64,000 bases of DNA from a virus. The notes under the pieces are model-generated. The model had not been told where the DNA came from. It worked only from the letters and a program-made list of their open reading frames with translations, and did not search any database. Made by a program: the position numbers and the translations under genes. This document shows positions 11,082 to 21,070 of this stretch, piece after piece (the stretch's first letter is position 1; each line of letters begins with the position of its first letter). The stretch covers positions 51,250-115,249 of IMG/VR virus record IMGVR_UViG_3300042868_004707; one strand, written 5' to 3'.

Positions 11082-11444
11082 TTAAACTGTTGTTGTGGTG
11101 GTAGTAGTTGGATTTTGTACAATTGTAATATCACAAGGTTCTTCTAAACAACGTTCTGGTTCATTACATTTATTAACACATCCTGATGTAAGACGAATCA
11201 CTCTACTAGCAATCATTTGTACAGAGTAGGTATGTACATAATTAGGATTGTAATATTTGTACATAAGAATTCTTCTATATCCAATTAGTTGAAGTATGTC
11301 ATTAGAAGGCACAGATTTATTCAACATATATGAAATATTGTTGTATAAGTTGTTGCCAAGTTCTGCCAACTTGCAATCTATTTTCTTAATTAAAGAAGGA
11401 ATGTTTGCACATTCTGGACAATTAGTTAGTCTTGGTGATAACAT
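11082..11444 (-). CDS. Putative tail hub / structural protein
   Basis: 120 aa, Cys-rich, poly-Thr end; crAss synteny. Confidence 0.45.
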   Translation of the reverse strand: MLSPRLTNCPECANIPSLIKKIDCKLAELGNNLYNNISYMLNKSVPSNDILQLIGYRRILMYKYYNPNYVHTYSVQMIASRVIRLTSGCVNKCNEPERCLEEPCDITIVQNPTTTTTTTV

Positions 11445-11455
11445 AATCAGGTTTT

Positions 11456-11551
11456 TTATTTTTCAACTTTAGATGCACATTGTCCACATAACCCATTGGT
11501 TAATTGACATCCACATCCCACTCTAGCTCCGCATGAAGTACATTGTGCCAT
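11456..11551 (-). CDS. 31-aa Cys-rich peptide
   Basis: MAQCTSCGARVGCGCQLTNGLCGQCASKVEK* fills the gap between two co-oriented genes; below the ORF-track cutoff. Confidence 0.65.
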   Translation of the reverse strand: MAQCTSCGARVGCGCQLTNGLCGQCASKVEK

Positions 11552-11553
11552 AA

Positions 11554-12117
11554 TTAATAAAAGTTTATTAGGTAGTTGTTACCAGAACAACCACAGTTGG
11601 ATTTTAAAAAGTTGTTTAACATATTATCTGCTTGAGCATATAATGTGTTTGATTCATATTCTGCACAGTTATTAGCTGCTGAAATAGCTCCTTGAATAAA
11701 GAAGTTAATTGTATTTAATTGTACACTAGATTGTGTTTTAAGTGCTCTGTCACATTCCATCATATTTAATTGAAGAAATGCGTTATCAAACTTTTCTTGA
11801 AGTTTATCAACACGTAATATTGTCTTCTCTACATAATTTGCATATGCAGGAGCAACGGAATATTTAATTCTATATATTCCATCAGGAAGAGCTTGATTGC
11901 AACCAGGATCTGTTATTCCTAAATTAGATGATGTAAATACATTGATTTCATTAGGAACAAAAGGTAATATTTTGGTTCCAAATCCAGGAATGTCAATCTC
12001 AATAGATGGTGCAGAAACCACTGAAGGATTGGTAGGATATACAGAAGCATCTGCAACACCAAGTGTAAGTACACTATAAGTAGGAACTACTAATATATCT
12101 AATTGTAAGTTTGCCAT
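11554..12117 (-). CDS. Putative tail hub / structural protein
   Basis: 187 aa with LPDGIYRIKYSV; crAss synteny. Confidence 0.45.
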   Translation of the reverse strand: MANLQLDILVVPTYSVLTLGVADASVYPTNPSVVSAPSIEIDIPGFGTKILPFVPNEINVFTSSNLGITDPGCNQALPDGIYRIKYSVAPAYANYVEKTILRVDKLQEKFDNAFLQLNMMECDRALKTQSSVQLNTINFFIQGAISAANNCAEYESNTLYAQADNMLNNFLKSNCGCSGNNYLINFY

Positions 12118-12133
12118 GTTGTTTTTAAATAAA

Positions 12134-12172
12134 TATGCCAGAGGATGTGAGTTATCCTCTATCCCCTGGCAT
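12134..12172 (-). terminator. Probable intrinsic terminator after the auxiliary capsid gene
   Basis: ATGCCAG...CTGGCAT inverted repeat followed by a T-rich run on the minus strand. Confidence 0.5.
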
Positions 12173-12205
12173 AGGTTATTATTAATTTACTCTCTTCTTT
12201 TATTC

Positions 12206-13396
12206 TTAAGGAATAAGAGTAGAAGTAGTAGTTGTTGTAGATGCAGGAGCACTAGAAGTAGTTGTTGTAGTTGTGATACAAGCATTGTTATCAACAACAG
12301 CACCTAAAGCACCTTCTAAGATAGCTTGGAACTCATCTGTAAGATCATTACCACCTTGAGGTACAGCAAGAATCACTGTAGAATCTTCCATGATGTAATC
12401 ACCCCATTGGTACTCAGATCTGTTATACTCGTTAAATCTAATATAGAAAGTGTTATAAATAGCACCATCAGATACCCAAGACTCAAAGTTCTCGTTGTAA
12501 CCATTCATTCTATATAAATGTTTCAAGTAACCAGCTTGGTAACTGTAGAAGTTTTTCTCTAATTGAGCAATTTCTGCAGATGTACCAGTAGCATAAGAAG
12601 CACGTTGTCTAATAATAGGATCAGCAACTAAATTACAAGCATCTGCTACAATAAAGTCAGCAGTTGTAGCTGGACCAGAATAAACAAAAGTTCTAAAAGA
12701 CATTCTATCATATTCAAAAGGGAACGCTGCGATATCACAAGGTTGACCATATTTAGTTAATGGTTTTCCTGTAATACGTAATGTAGTTCCACCTATATTT
12801 TCAAATGTATAGAATGTAGAGAAAGAAATGTTATCAGGGTTGTTTCCTGGAGCTTTCAAGTTTAATTGATAGATCAAGTCATTGATGATAGTGTTAGCAC
12901 TTACATCATCACATGGATTGTCATCACAATTACAACATGGAGCCTGAACAGTTACTGAACGAGTAAAACCATTGAAATACAATGTATCAATATAAGAAGA
13001 GTGAGCACGTAAAGTTAACGTGATAACTTCTCCACATTGTACAGTGAAATTAGTTACATCAGTAATTTGGTTTGCCGCAGTTGGACATCCTGTTACTTTG
13101 TACCATTCTGTTACATTAGAATTTTTTGTTGAAATTGTTTGAGCATTACCTGTTAATGCAGTTGTTTGAACACCAATCTTATCAGATCTTTTAGATCCTT
13201 GTAAATAAGTGTTTGTTCTACCTTGTGCAATGTAAAAGTACGGAAAGTTTTTAATAGTCGTACCAGTTACAGTAGCATACAAATTGTTAAAGATTCCCAC
13301 AGTACCTGCAGTAAGGTCTTGTGTTGAGCCAGAGCTAGGGACAGCAGTTTGCCCTACTGGAACCACGAATAACGTGGTTAATGAAAAATCAGCCAT
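12206..13396 (-). CDS. Auxiliary capsid / structural protein (crAss-like)
   Basis: 396 aa, third gene after MCP, poly-Thr tail. Confidence 0.55.
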   Translation of the reverse strand: MADFSLTTLFVVPVGQTAVPSSGSTQDLTAGTVGIFNNLYATVTGTTIKNFPYFYIAQGRTNTYLQGSKRSDKIGVQTTALTGNAQTISTKNSNVTEWYKVTGCPTAANQITDVTNFTVQCGEVITLTLRAHSSYIDTLYFNGFTRSVTVQAPCCNCDDNPCDDVSANTIINDLIYQLNLKAPGNNPDNISFSTFYTFENIGGTTLRITGKPLTKYGQPCDIAAFPFEYDRMSFRTFVYSGPATTADFIVADACNLVADPIIRQRASYATGTSAEIAQLEKNFYSYQAGYLKHLYRMNGYNENFESWVSDGAIYNTFYIRFNEYNRSEYQWGDYIMEDSTVILAVPQGGNDLTDEFQAILEGALGAVVDNNACITTTTTTSSAPASTTTTTSTLIP

Positions 13397-13424
13397 TTTT
13401 ATTTATTTTAAATGTTAATAAAGT

Positions 13425-14156
13425 TTATTCGTTTGTTTGTATTCTGAATTGAGCACTCTGAGCTGCAGAAGCATTTTCAGTATACATTGCTAGATTTTGT
13501 ACTGTAAGATCTAACAATTCATCTTCTAAATATAATTCAAGTTCACAATCTTGATCAAATGATGGTGTTCCATCTAACATTATATATCCTGTCTTATTTA
13601 TATATTGAGGATATCTCATGTACATTATGTAAACTTTTGTTGGTGTGAATGTACCATCTGTAAAATAACTTATCTCATCTGATGATAAAGAGTTGAATGT
13701 TTCTTGGTATTCAAAACTTGGTTTGTAATGATCATTATTCATAATGAACTGAAGATCACCATGTTTTGCAAGATCTCGATTAATCCAAATCTTTCTATTC
13801 TTACATCTTCCTTTGTCTGCTAAAACATATGAATCTATATAGAACATATATTGTGGCTCAAGATTATGTACATACGTACACCATTGATTTATTTCAGGAT
13901 TCTTTAATATAAGATCTAGAGGTTGGTGATTATAATTCATTATAAGACTTTGTAAGTCTTCATAACGTTTCTTAAACGAATCCATCCCTAATCCACTAGT
14001 AACACTAAGACCATCAACTTTTTGTTTTATCAACTTGATCTGAGCCTCATTCAAAGCTAAGATTTTGTCTTCTAATTGAATCTGTTGGTGCTCATTAGTT
14101 GATAGCTTATTTAGTTTCTGATCGATCTTATATAATAAACTATCTACTGGTATCAT
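13425..14156 (-). CDS. Virion ring (head-tail connector) protein
   Basis: 243 aa; position two genes after MCP as in crAss-like phages. Confidence 0.55.
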   Translation of the reverse strand: MIPVDSLLYKIDQKLNKLSTNEHQQIQLEDKILALNEAQIKLIKQKVDGLSVTSGLGMDSFKKRYEDLQSLIMNYNHQPLDLILKNPEINQWCTYVHNLEPQYMFYIDSYVLADKGRCKNRKIWINRDLAKHGDLQFIMNNDHYKPSFEYQETFNSLSSDEISYFTDGTFTPTKVYIMYMRYPQYINKTGYIMLDGTPSFDQDCELELYLEDELLDLTVQNLAMYTENASAAQSAQFRIQTNE

Positions 14157-14184
14157 ATTCTTTTATATTTATAAAACTAGCCTC

Positions 14185-15153
14185 TTAAATAGAAGCTAGT
14201 TTTTTAGTTTTTAATTTGCCTTCTAATACTAATAACTCATCTTGGTTATCATCATCAGCAAGGAATTTAATTAAATCTTCTTCATCTTTAGCTATTTCAA
14301 ACTCTCCTTCATAAACCTTACCATTAGGTTTGATTCTGTAGATAGAATGTGCAACAGCTTGTTTTACTAAATCTTTAATATGGAGTAAACTCTCTTTCAT
14401 GTCAGCAAATCTATTGAACACTTCAACTGGATTTAATCCTGAATATTTACCATTCTTGAATTCAGTTTGTTTCAATACATTATCTACTAAGTTGTATACA
14501 ACCTCTTCTTTTGAATCTTCTGATACTGGAAGACCTAATAGTCTTGCAACTTTACGTTTCTTCTCAGGAGTCATAGAATCAAACTTAACAATTGCTTTGT
14601 TGATCAATTGTTTTTTCTTGAAGATCACTGCATTCTCAATCTCATCATCAACAACATAAAACTGTGTTTCTGCTGGATATTCTCCTCTTTCCCATGCTTG
14701 GTGAGAAGATGCAATAGTTGGATGTACTCTCAACCATGAAAAGGCTATTTCTTGGAAAGCATTTGATAAATCAAAATAGTTATCACCATCCATTAATTTA
14801 ACTGCTTGCACGTGAGTTTGATCATCTGGAGATAATGACAATCCATAGTTCCAAAATTTAGAACGTGGCCCTAAGTCAATATCACCTATTTCACTCTCAA
14901 GTTTTTTTCTAAGAGCAGTTACTCTTTCAACTTCAAGTTCTCTTTCAGTATCATCTTTGATACGTCTAATGTAAGCAGCATCTGGATCAAGTCCCGTTCT
15001 ATACTTACCATCTAATTCCTTATAAGGATATTTGAATACACCTGTACCAGGGATTCTTGTCATTCCTTTTTGTGCTAACCCACTATCCATTGTTTGTAAC
15101 TGAGAACTATTATATTCTCTCTTAATAGTAGAAATTTTGCCTGTTTTACCCAT
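14185..15153 (-). CDS. Conserved crAss capsid-module protein following MCP
   Basis: 322 aa; synteny only. Confidence 0.5.
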   Translation of the reverse strand: MGKTGKISTIKREYNSSQLQTMDSGLAQKGMTRIPGTGVFKYPYKELDGKYRTGLDPDAAYIRRIKDDTERELEVERVTALRKKLESEIGDIDLGPRSKFWNYGLSLSPDDQTHVQAVKLMDGDNYFDLSNAFQEIAFSWLRVHPTIASSHQAWERGEYPAETQFYVVDDEIENAVIFKKKQLINKAIVKFDSMTPEKKRKVARLLGLPVSEDSKEEVVYNLVDNVLKQTEFKNGKYSGLNPVEVFNRFADMKESLLHIKDLVKQAVAHSIYRIKPNGKVYEGEFEIAKDEEDLIKFLADDDNQDELLVLEGKLKTKKLASI

Positions 15154-15188
15154 AATGTAGTTATTTAATAATATTTGGTTTATTTTAG

Positions 15189-15262
15189 TTGCGTGGGAAG
15201 GACTCGAACCTTCGACCTCTGGATTATGAGTCCAGCAAGCTAACCAACTGCTCTACCACACG
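15189..15262 (-). tRNA. tRNA-Met(CAT), initiator-type
   Basis: Full cloverleaf CGTGTGG-TA-GAGC...CTGGA-CTCATAA-TCCAG-AGGTC-GAAGG-TTCGAGT-CCTTC-CCACGCA-A; C1xA72 mismatch; CCA not encoded. Confidence 0.92.
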
Positions 15263-15477
15263 ATTTGTAGAGTGTTCCCATTGAAGGGAATGCGACCAGG
15301 GACACCCCAATCCATCACTCTTACTTAGTTACGTTGTTTACACAAGAGGCTTGACTAAGTCTGTTTACTCTTTTAAAGTGCAGGTGCTAAGGCAAATGCT
15401 TAGTTGGGCACTGTGTTGAGAATCATCCCCTCGTAGGAGGGAGAGGAGTTGAGGGGATTCTTCTCGGATTTTTATTA

Positions 15478-17040
15478 TTAGAATTGTGGCATTTCCTCAA
15501 TCAACACAGTTCTAGATAAGTCTTCAATAAATACATCACATCTGTCTTTCATCCAGATTTCGTATCCTGGGAATTTATTAGCAGAACTCATACCTTGAGA
15601 TTTAGCAAAACCTAAGTGGTGACGAGTACCATCAATATAACCCCATGTCATAGAAGGAGCACCTTTCATTCTCACTTCTCTAATATTGTTTACCATTGAA
15701 CCATCAGACATTGGAGAAACATCAAACACCATAAATACTGGAGTAGATTTTTTGTTTTGTCCAAACTCTAAGTTAGTTTGAGGTAAATCTAATTCTTTTA
15801 AGTGGATCAATTCAACTCTACCAGTCTCACGAGTTACCATTGCATCAAATGCAAAGTTGTAAGTGATATGTTGTCCTTCACCTTGCATATATCTGTTTCC
15901 AGAATCTGCCATGAAAGTTAATCCAGAGTTTAATGCATCATTTTTCAAAGCTTGTTGGAACACGTCAAAACCAGCCTCGTTAGTGTACATTTTAACACTT
16001 CTATCTTTTACATCCACACGTCTGTAGAATAAATCTCCAAATACTGAACGGATTAAGTTAGCAGAGAACTCACCTCTGTTGTATTGTACTAAGTTACCAT
16101 TGTTTCTCATTCTGTGGTAAACACCAGCAGATGTACGTTTCAATTCTTGTTTAGAACCGTTAGTTTTAACTGTACCAGGCTTAGCCCAAATCATACGTTT
16201 AACTTTCAATTCTAACATTGATTTACGCATCCAGAATTCGATGAACGGTTCCCATTTAACATCATTACGAGTTAAAGGTAATTGGTTACGTCTTTGTGGA
16301 GCATATACTAAAATGTCTAATGGTTTACCAGAAGCATCTCTCATCATTTTGTCATCAGCCCACTCAGTGATTTTGTGCTCATATCCATATGCAGAACCTA
16401 AAGATTCGAACATAGTGATTTGCTCACCTAATCTTGGTAATCCTAATAAGTCTTGATCAAACTCACCAATAGCAGCGTCAACTAATTCTAGCTCAACACC
16501 ATATTGTAAAAAGATAGGATTTACATAATCAACAACTGGGTTGTCAGTTACTAATGTGAATGTGTATAAGTAACCCATGTTCCAAGGCACAGGATCTTTG
16601 ATTACGTAGAATCTAGGACCATATTGACGTGTACCTACAGAAACGATAGCATTTTTAGAGAATTCATTAGTATCTAATACTAAAGTGAATTCTTGACCAT
16701 CGATACCTGTTTTACCAGACGTAATTAAATCTTGTGTGGTAGAAGGAATGTCAATAATTTTTGGGAACTTGTAAGGAACAGCTACTTGCCATTTCCAAGC
16801 ATCACTATTATTATCAATGTAATAAGGTGTGCTTTTGTTGATCATGTCTAAGAAGTCATTACTGTACAACGAGCTCTGAGTATATAAAGAGATAATCTTT
16901 TTATCATAATCTGCAGGCTCAGTCGAGTGAAAACTCTCTAAGTGATTTGAGTCTGTAAGTTTCCCTACTGCACGTTTGTCCATAGACGCAACACGAGCAT
17001 AAGTAAAACCTGTTAACCCAGGGATAGTTTGAATTGCCAT
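15478..17040 (-). CDS. Major capsid protein (crAss-like)
   Basis: 520 aa; position after portal and acidic scaffold-like gene; crAss MCP-like sequence. Confidence 0.85.
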   Translation of the reverse strand: MAIQTIPGLTGFTYARVASMDKRAVGKLTDSNHLESFHSTEPADYDKKIISLYTQSSLYSNDFLDMINKSTPYYIDNNSDAWKWQVAVPYKFPKIIDIPSTTQDLITSGKTGIDGQEFTLVLDTNEFSKNAIVSVGTRQYGPRFYVIKDPVPWNMGYLYTFTLVTDNPVVDYVNPIFLQYGVELELVDAAIGEFDQDLLGLPRLGEQITMFESLGSAYGYEHKITEWADDKMMRDASGKPLDILVYAPQRRNQLPLTRNDVKWEPFIEFWMRKSMLELKVKRMIWAKPGTVKTNGSKQELKRTSAGVYHRMRNNGNLVQYNRGEFSANLIRSVFGDLFYRRVDVKDRSVKMYTNEAGFDVFQQALKNDALNSGLTFMADSGNRYMQGEGQHITYNFAFDAMVTRETGRVELIHLKELDLPQTNLEFGQNKKSTPVFMVFDVSPMSDGSMVNNIREVRMKGAPSMTWGYIDGTRHHLGFAKSQGMSSANKFPGYEIWMKDRCDVFIEDLSRTVLIEEMPQF

Positions 17041-17078
17041 TGTTTATTCGTTTTTTTGTTAATTATTAATTTGTTTTG

Positions 17079-18341
17079 TTATAAGAACCATGAATTAGGA
17101 TTAGATTTTGAACCAGTAGCTCCAGTTGATTTAACTTTAGTTACTTGTCTTGCAACTTCTCCAAATAACTCGTTAGACTTTTTAGTCACACCTGTTTTTT
17201 GTATAGTTGATAATGTAGGATCTTTTTCTAACATCTTCATGATGAGCCCTAACTTAACTTTCATTGCATGATTCTCTGGTCTTTTCATATCCAGAATAGC
17301 ACGATCAAAGTCTGTAAGAGTTTCTCCTGAAGGAGTTTTCCACTTATCAACTAATAAGAAGTCTTGTAGTTCGCCTGCTAATTTTGGATTGATAGGAATA
17401 CCATCAAACTCTTTTGATTTTATTTTATCATTAAGAATGTCTTGAACGTTCTTAATATATTGATTTCTAATTTGTGCTTTTTGTTGTAATTCTTGTTCAG
17501 CCTTAACTTCCATTTGTTGCAACTTAACTGCTTCTTTTTTAACTAACACCTTGTGATGTTTAGTAGCTACGCTTTCAAGATCACCATAATTTTTAAATCT
17601 TTCAATCTCTGTATCAATATCTTCATTATCAAATCCTTGATCTAATAATGCTTGTCTCACTACTCTTGCTTGATTATCTTCATCACTAAGATCCATTTCA
17701 GCAAAACTAACTACTTGATTGTAAGTTCCAAAATACTCTTTAGGATTAACTCCTTTTACAAATATGGCTTCAAATGCTTGTTGATAATCTTCTCCAAATT
17801 GTCCTATGAAATTATTAACTGTTTCAATTGCACCTTTCTTCTTTTCTTCATTGAATCGTTCTAAGAACTCTTCTGCAGTGGAGATTGGTTCTTGATCTTC
17901 ATCTTCATCAGAAGTGAACACTCCTAATTTATAAAGATCGTTTGCAAGAGCAGTGAATTGTGTACCTTGTGGTTCATCCTCATCTCCATCAGCAGCAGCT
18001 TCTGTAGCTTTTGCAGGTTTTGCTGGAGCAGGTGTATCATCTTCATTATCATCTTCATTATCACTCAAGAAATCAGAAATCATTGATTGTCCTTCTTGTT
18101 TTTCTTCATCTGTTTTACCATCAACGCTTTTAGGAGGAACAATGTCCTTACCTTTTGGTACTGCTGGTGCATCTGGTGCAGCAGGAGCATCTGCGTTTTT
18201 AATAATAGGTTGAACATCATCTGGATTAGAAGATGCTGTCTCAGGTTCGAATAATCCTTGAAGCAATTCTTGGTTACCCATACCCATTTCCATAGTATCT
18301 TGAATACTAAAGTTACCCATAGTTTCTAAATTATCAGCCAT
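17079..18341 (-). CDS. Putative capsid scaffold protein
   Basis: Acidic low-complexity N-half and helical C-half; lies between portal and MCP. Confidence 0.6.
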   Translation of the reverse strand: MADNLETMGNFSIQDTMEMGMGNQELLQGLFEPETASSNPDDVQPIIKNADAPAAPDAPAVPKGKDIVPPKSVDGKTDEEKQEGQSMISDFLSDNEDDNEDDTPAPAKPAKATEAAADGDEDEPQGTQFTALANDLYKLGVFTSDEDEDQEPISTAEEFLERFNEEKKKGAIETVNNFIGQFGEDYQQAFEAIFVKGVNPKEYFGTYNQVVSFAEMDLSDEDNQARVVRQALLDQGFDNEDIDTEIERFKNYGDLESVATKHHKVLVKKEAVKLQQMEVKAEQELQQKAQIRNQYIKNVQDILNDKIKSKEFDGIPINPKLAGELQDFLLVDKWKTPSGETLTDFDRAILDMKRPENHAMKVKLGLIMKMLEKDPTLSTIQKTGVTKKSNELFGEVARQVTKVKSTGATGSKSNPNSWFL

Positions 18342-18372
18342 ATGTAGTTGTATTTATGTTTGGTTTATTATG

Positions 18373-18403
18373 TAAAAGTATAATAAGAGTTTTTAATATC
18401 AAA
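18373..18403 (-). promoter_or_regulatory. Bacteroidota-type promoter for the scaffold-MCP operon
   Basis: TTTG-N19-TACTTTTA. Confidence 0.5.
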
Positions 18404-18483
18404 GGAATATGCATCAATGTGATCCAATTTTCCAGATAATATAGCATTAATATTATTTACCCCTCCGAAGAGGGGCAACTTTT

Positions 18484-21069
18484 TTAACCTTTTTTGTTAT
18501 TTCTACCCTTTGCATTCTCCTTAGCAACAGCAAGATCGTTTGCCATATTCTCTCTAGCTACAGCAATTTTCTCCATTTCTATTTGCTTCTTGTCGCTAGA
18601 TTCTTTTGATTTAACTTGTATCTCTTGCATTTTCAATTGATATGCTTGAGCAGCTTTAGATTGATCATTTGATAATTTACTAACTTCTAAAGCATCAGCC
18701 ACTCCTGAATTATCAACATCTGCTGCTGCATTTTCATTTCTACCTAATGCGTTAATGAGAGCAACTTCTTTCTTATTGATTCTATCAAGTTCGTTTTGGT
18801 AATCCTCATGAGCTTGATCAGCTTGTTTCATTTGAATAGCTTGTTGCATTTGAGCTTGTGCTTGTTGAGCTTGTTGTTCAACTTTTTGTTGTTCAAGTTG
18901 TTGAGCTTGTTGTTGTTGAGCAAGTTGTTGATCTCTAAGGTCTTTGAATGTTTTCTTCATTTCTCTCATAGACTTAGTGCTGTAAAGCTCAATAACATCG
19001 TATAATGAACCACCATTCTGCATCAAAGGTTGTGCCAATTGACGAAGCTCATTAAACATTTGTGTATCTTCAGGTCTATTAGTTAAGAACACTTTCAAGT
19101 CACGGAATTTAAGGTCTGACCCATTCACTTGTACAAAAGCAGCTTCTCCTTCATTTGTAATATATGAAAGTGTAGATTGTGGCTTAGATGATTCTACATA
19201 AAGAGCAGCATCTATAATAGCTTGGTACAATTGTCCCATTACATATTCATGTGCTACAAATAGAGGCTCTGTCTGAGAATAACTTTGTTGCATAGCAGTG
19301 TTAGTACCTGTAGCACTTTCTGATGCAGCTATTGATCCCATACGTTGTCTAGACATACCTACAAGTTCCCAACACTCAGCTTTAAGTTGTTGTGCTAATG
19401 TATATCTAGATTGTATCTCCTGCGTACGTGTAAGATCAAGAGCTGTAAACTGATTGAATGAACTAGGACTCTTCATGTTTTCTGGAGAGTCATCAATAAA
19501 TACCACTCCTCTGTTACGTGCTTCCATTTCCCATATGTCAAGAGCATCTTGTGCATCTCCATCTTTAGGAATAGGAATATGTCTTAATGACATAAGTTGA
19601 ACCTTACCCACTTCTTTCTCAAGAAGTTTGTACAATTGATTCATACATACGTTATATAGCACTTGGAAAGGTTTCATAAGATCAACTAAGCTTTTAGCTT
19701 CTGTGTTCTTCACTTCATATGTTGTTCCTATAATAGGACAATAGTTTAAAAGCTTGAATGGTTTAATGTGATAGATGTCTGGTCCAATCTTAGTTCCTTG
19801 ATACCATTCATTAATCCATCCCCATTCTAATGATTGTTGTGTAGGCATTGTGCCTGATTTATAAGTTTCATCAACAAGCATAGATTGTTCATTACCCATT
19901 TCATCTATATAGATAAGCTTACCTATCTTTCTTTTAGAAATCCAATAAGAACGCACAACAACATATTTATAACCAAATGAACTTACGTTATTAGTTAAAC
20001 CTAAGAAGTCTTTTAATCCATCATTGTTCTCTTTCATTTCTGATTCTATAATCATACGTGTCTGAAGAACAAGAGGGTCAAATGTATCATACATTACAGA
20101 ATCTTGTCCAGGAATAGCATCTGGGTTACCAAGGTTAGATTCTCTAACATTGATTAATCCATAGTCTTGTAACGATGAACGTAAGTGATCGATTTCCTCT
20201 TTTGTAAGATCTGGTATGCTTTCAATGATCTCTGAAAGCTCCATAACTTGTACTGTACCAGCAGCATAGGCTCCCTGAGCTCTACCTGTGGGATCAGATA
20301 TCCATTTTCTATCAGGAGTAGTAAGAAACCAGGTGTTCTTTGGGTTAGCCACTTCGATGTTGAAACCAAGTTTCGAGTTGTCTTCATATATGTGATAAAA
20401 TTGTCTAGCAGAAATAAGCATGTCTCTGAATGCATCTTCTGATTTTTCTTTTAAATTGAATTCAGCTTTTTGACAAGTAAGAATGTGGTTTGCCCATTTT
20501 TCAGCAACAGACGTGTAGCTATCTAACTGATCTTGAACTTGTTGCATTGTCATTTGTTCAAGTTCTTCTTCAGGAATTTCATTTCCTTCCATAGCAGCTT
20601 TTGCCATGATTTGTTGTCTAGCTTGACTCATTACATATTGTTGTAATGTATCTGTTTTAAACTGTAACTCTTCTGATTGACTATCATCATCAAAAGCTTT
20701 CACTCTAAATGTATCAGGTCTTTTACTGATTTCTCCTACTAATTCATTTACAGGAGTGGTGATAATAGAATACATCTTTACATAAGCAGGAAGTTCTAAA
20801 TCAGATGTTAACACATCTGTAAAGCTTCTCACCTCTGGTTCTTGATAGAAATCTTCCATACGAAGAATGCCTTTCATAAGATCGTAATTCTTAACAAATG
20901 TATCTCTATTCTTTACATATTCAGCATATGCTTTATTAGAGAAATAATCCATTGTGTTTTTGATCCAACTCTCGTCTTGCTTTTCTTTCTCTGTCTTAAA
21001 CTGATCAGGAAAGATGTTTAAGTATGCATACCTGATTGTTGCATCTTTTGTATATCTAATTATTGCCAT
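18484..21069 (-). CDS. Portal protein
   Basis: 861 aa right after terminase; KSLVDLMKPFQVLYN; Gln-rich C-terminal barrel. Confidence 0.88.
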   Translation of the reverse strand: MAIIRYTKDATIRYAYLNIFPDQFKTEKEKQDESWIKNTMDYFSNKAYAEYVKNRDTFVKNYDLMKGILRMEDFYQEPEVRSFTDVLTSDLELPAYVKMYSIITTPVNELVGEISKRPDTFRVKAFDDDSQSEELQFKTDTLQQYVMSQARQQIMAKAAMEGNEIPEEELEQMTMQQVQDQLDSYTSVAEKWANHILTCQKAEFNLKEKSEDAFRDMLISARQFYHIYEDNSKLGFNIEVANPKNTWFLTTPDRKWISDPTGRAQGAYAAGTVQVMELSEIIESIPDLTKEEIDHLRSSLQDYGLINVRESNLGNPDAIPGQDSVMYDTFDPLVLQTRMIIESEMKENNDGLKDFLGLTNNVSSFGYKYVVVRSYWISKRKIGKLIYIDEMGNEQSMLVDETYKSGTMPTQQSLEWGWINEWYQGTKIGPDIYHIKPFKLLNYCPIIGTTYEVKNTEAKSLVDLMKPFQVLYNVCMNQLYKLLEKEVGKVQLMSLRHIPIPKDGDAQDALDIWEMEARNRGVVFIDDSPENMKSPSSFNQFTALDLTRTQEIQSRYTLAQQLKAECWELVGMSRQRMGSIAASESATGTNTAMQQSYSQTEPLFVAHEYVMGQLYQAIIDAALYVESSKPQSTLSYITNEGEAAFVQVNGSDLKFRDLKVFLTNRPEDTQMFNELRQLAQPLMQNGGSLYDVIELYSTKSMREMKKTFKDLRDQQLAQQQQAQQLEQQKVEQQAQQAQAQMQQAIQMKQADQAHEDYQNELDRINKKEVALINALGRNENAAADVDNSGVADALEVSKLSNDQSKAAQAYQLKMQEIQVKSKESSDKKQIEMEKIAVARENMANDLAVAKENAKGRNNKKG

Positions 21070-21070
21070 G

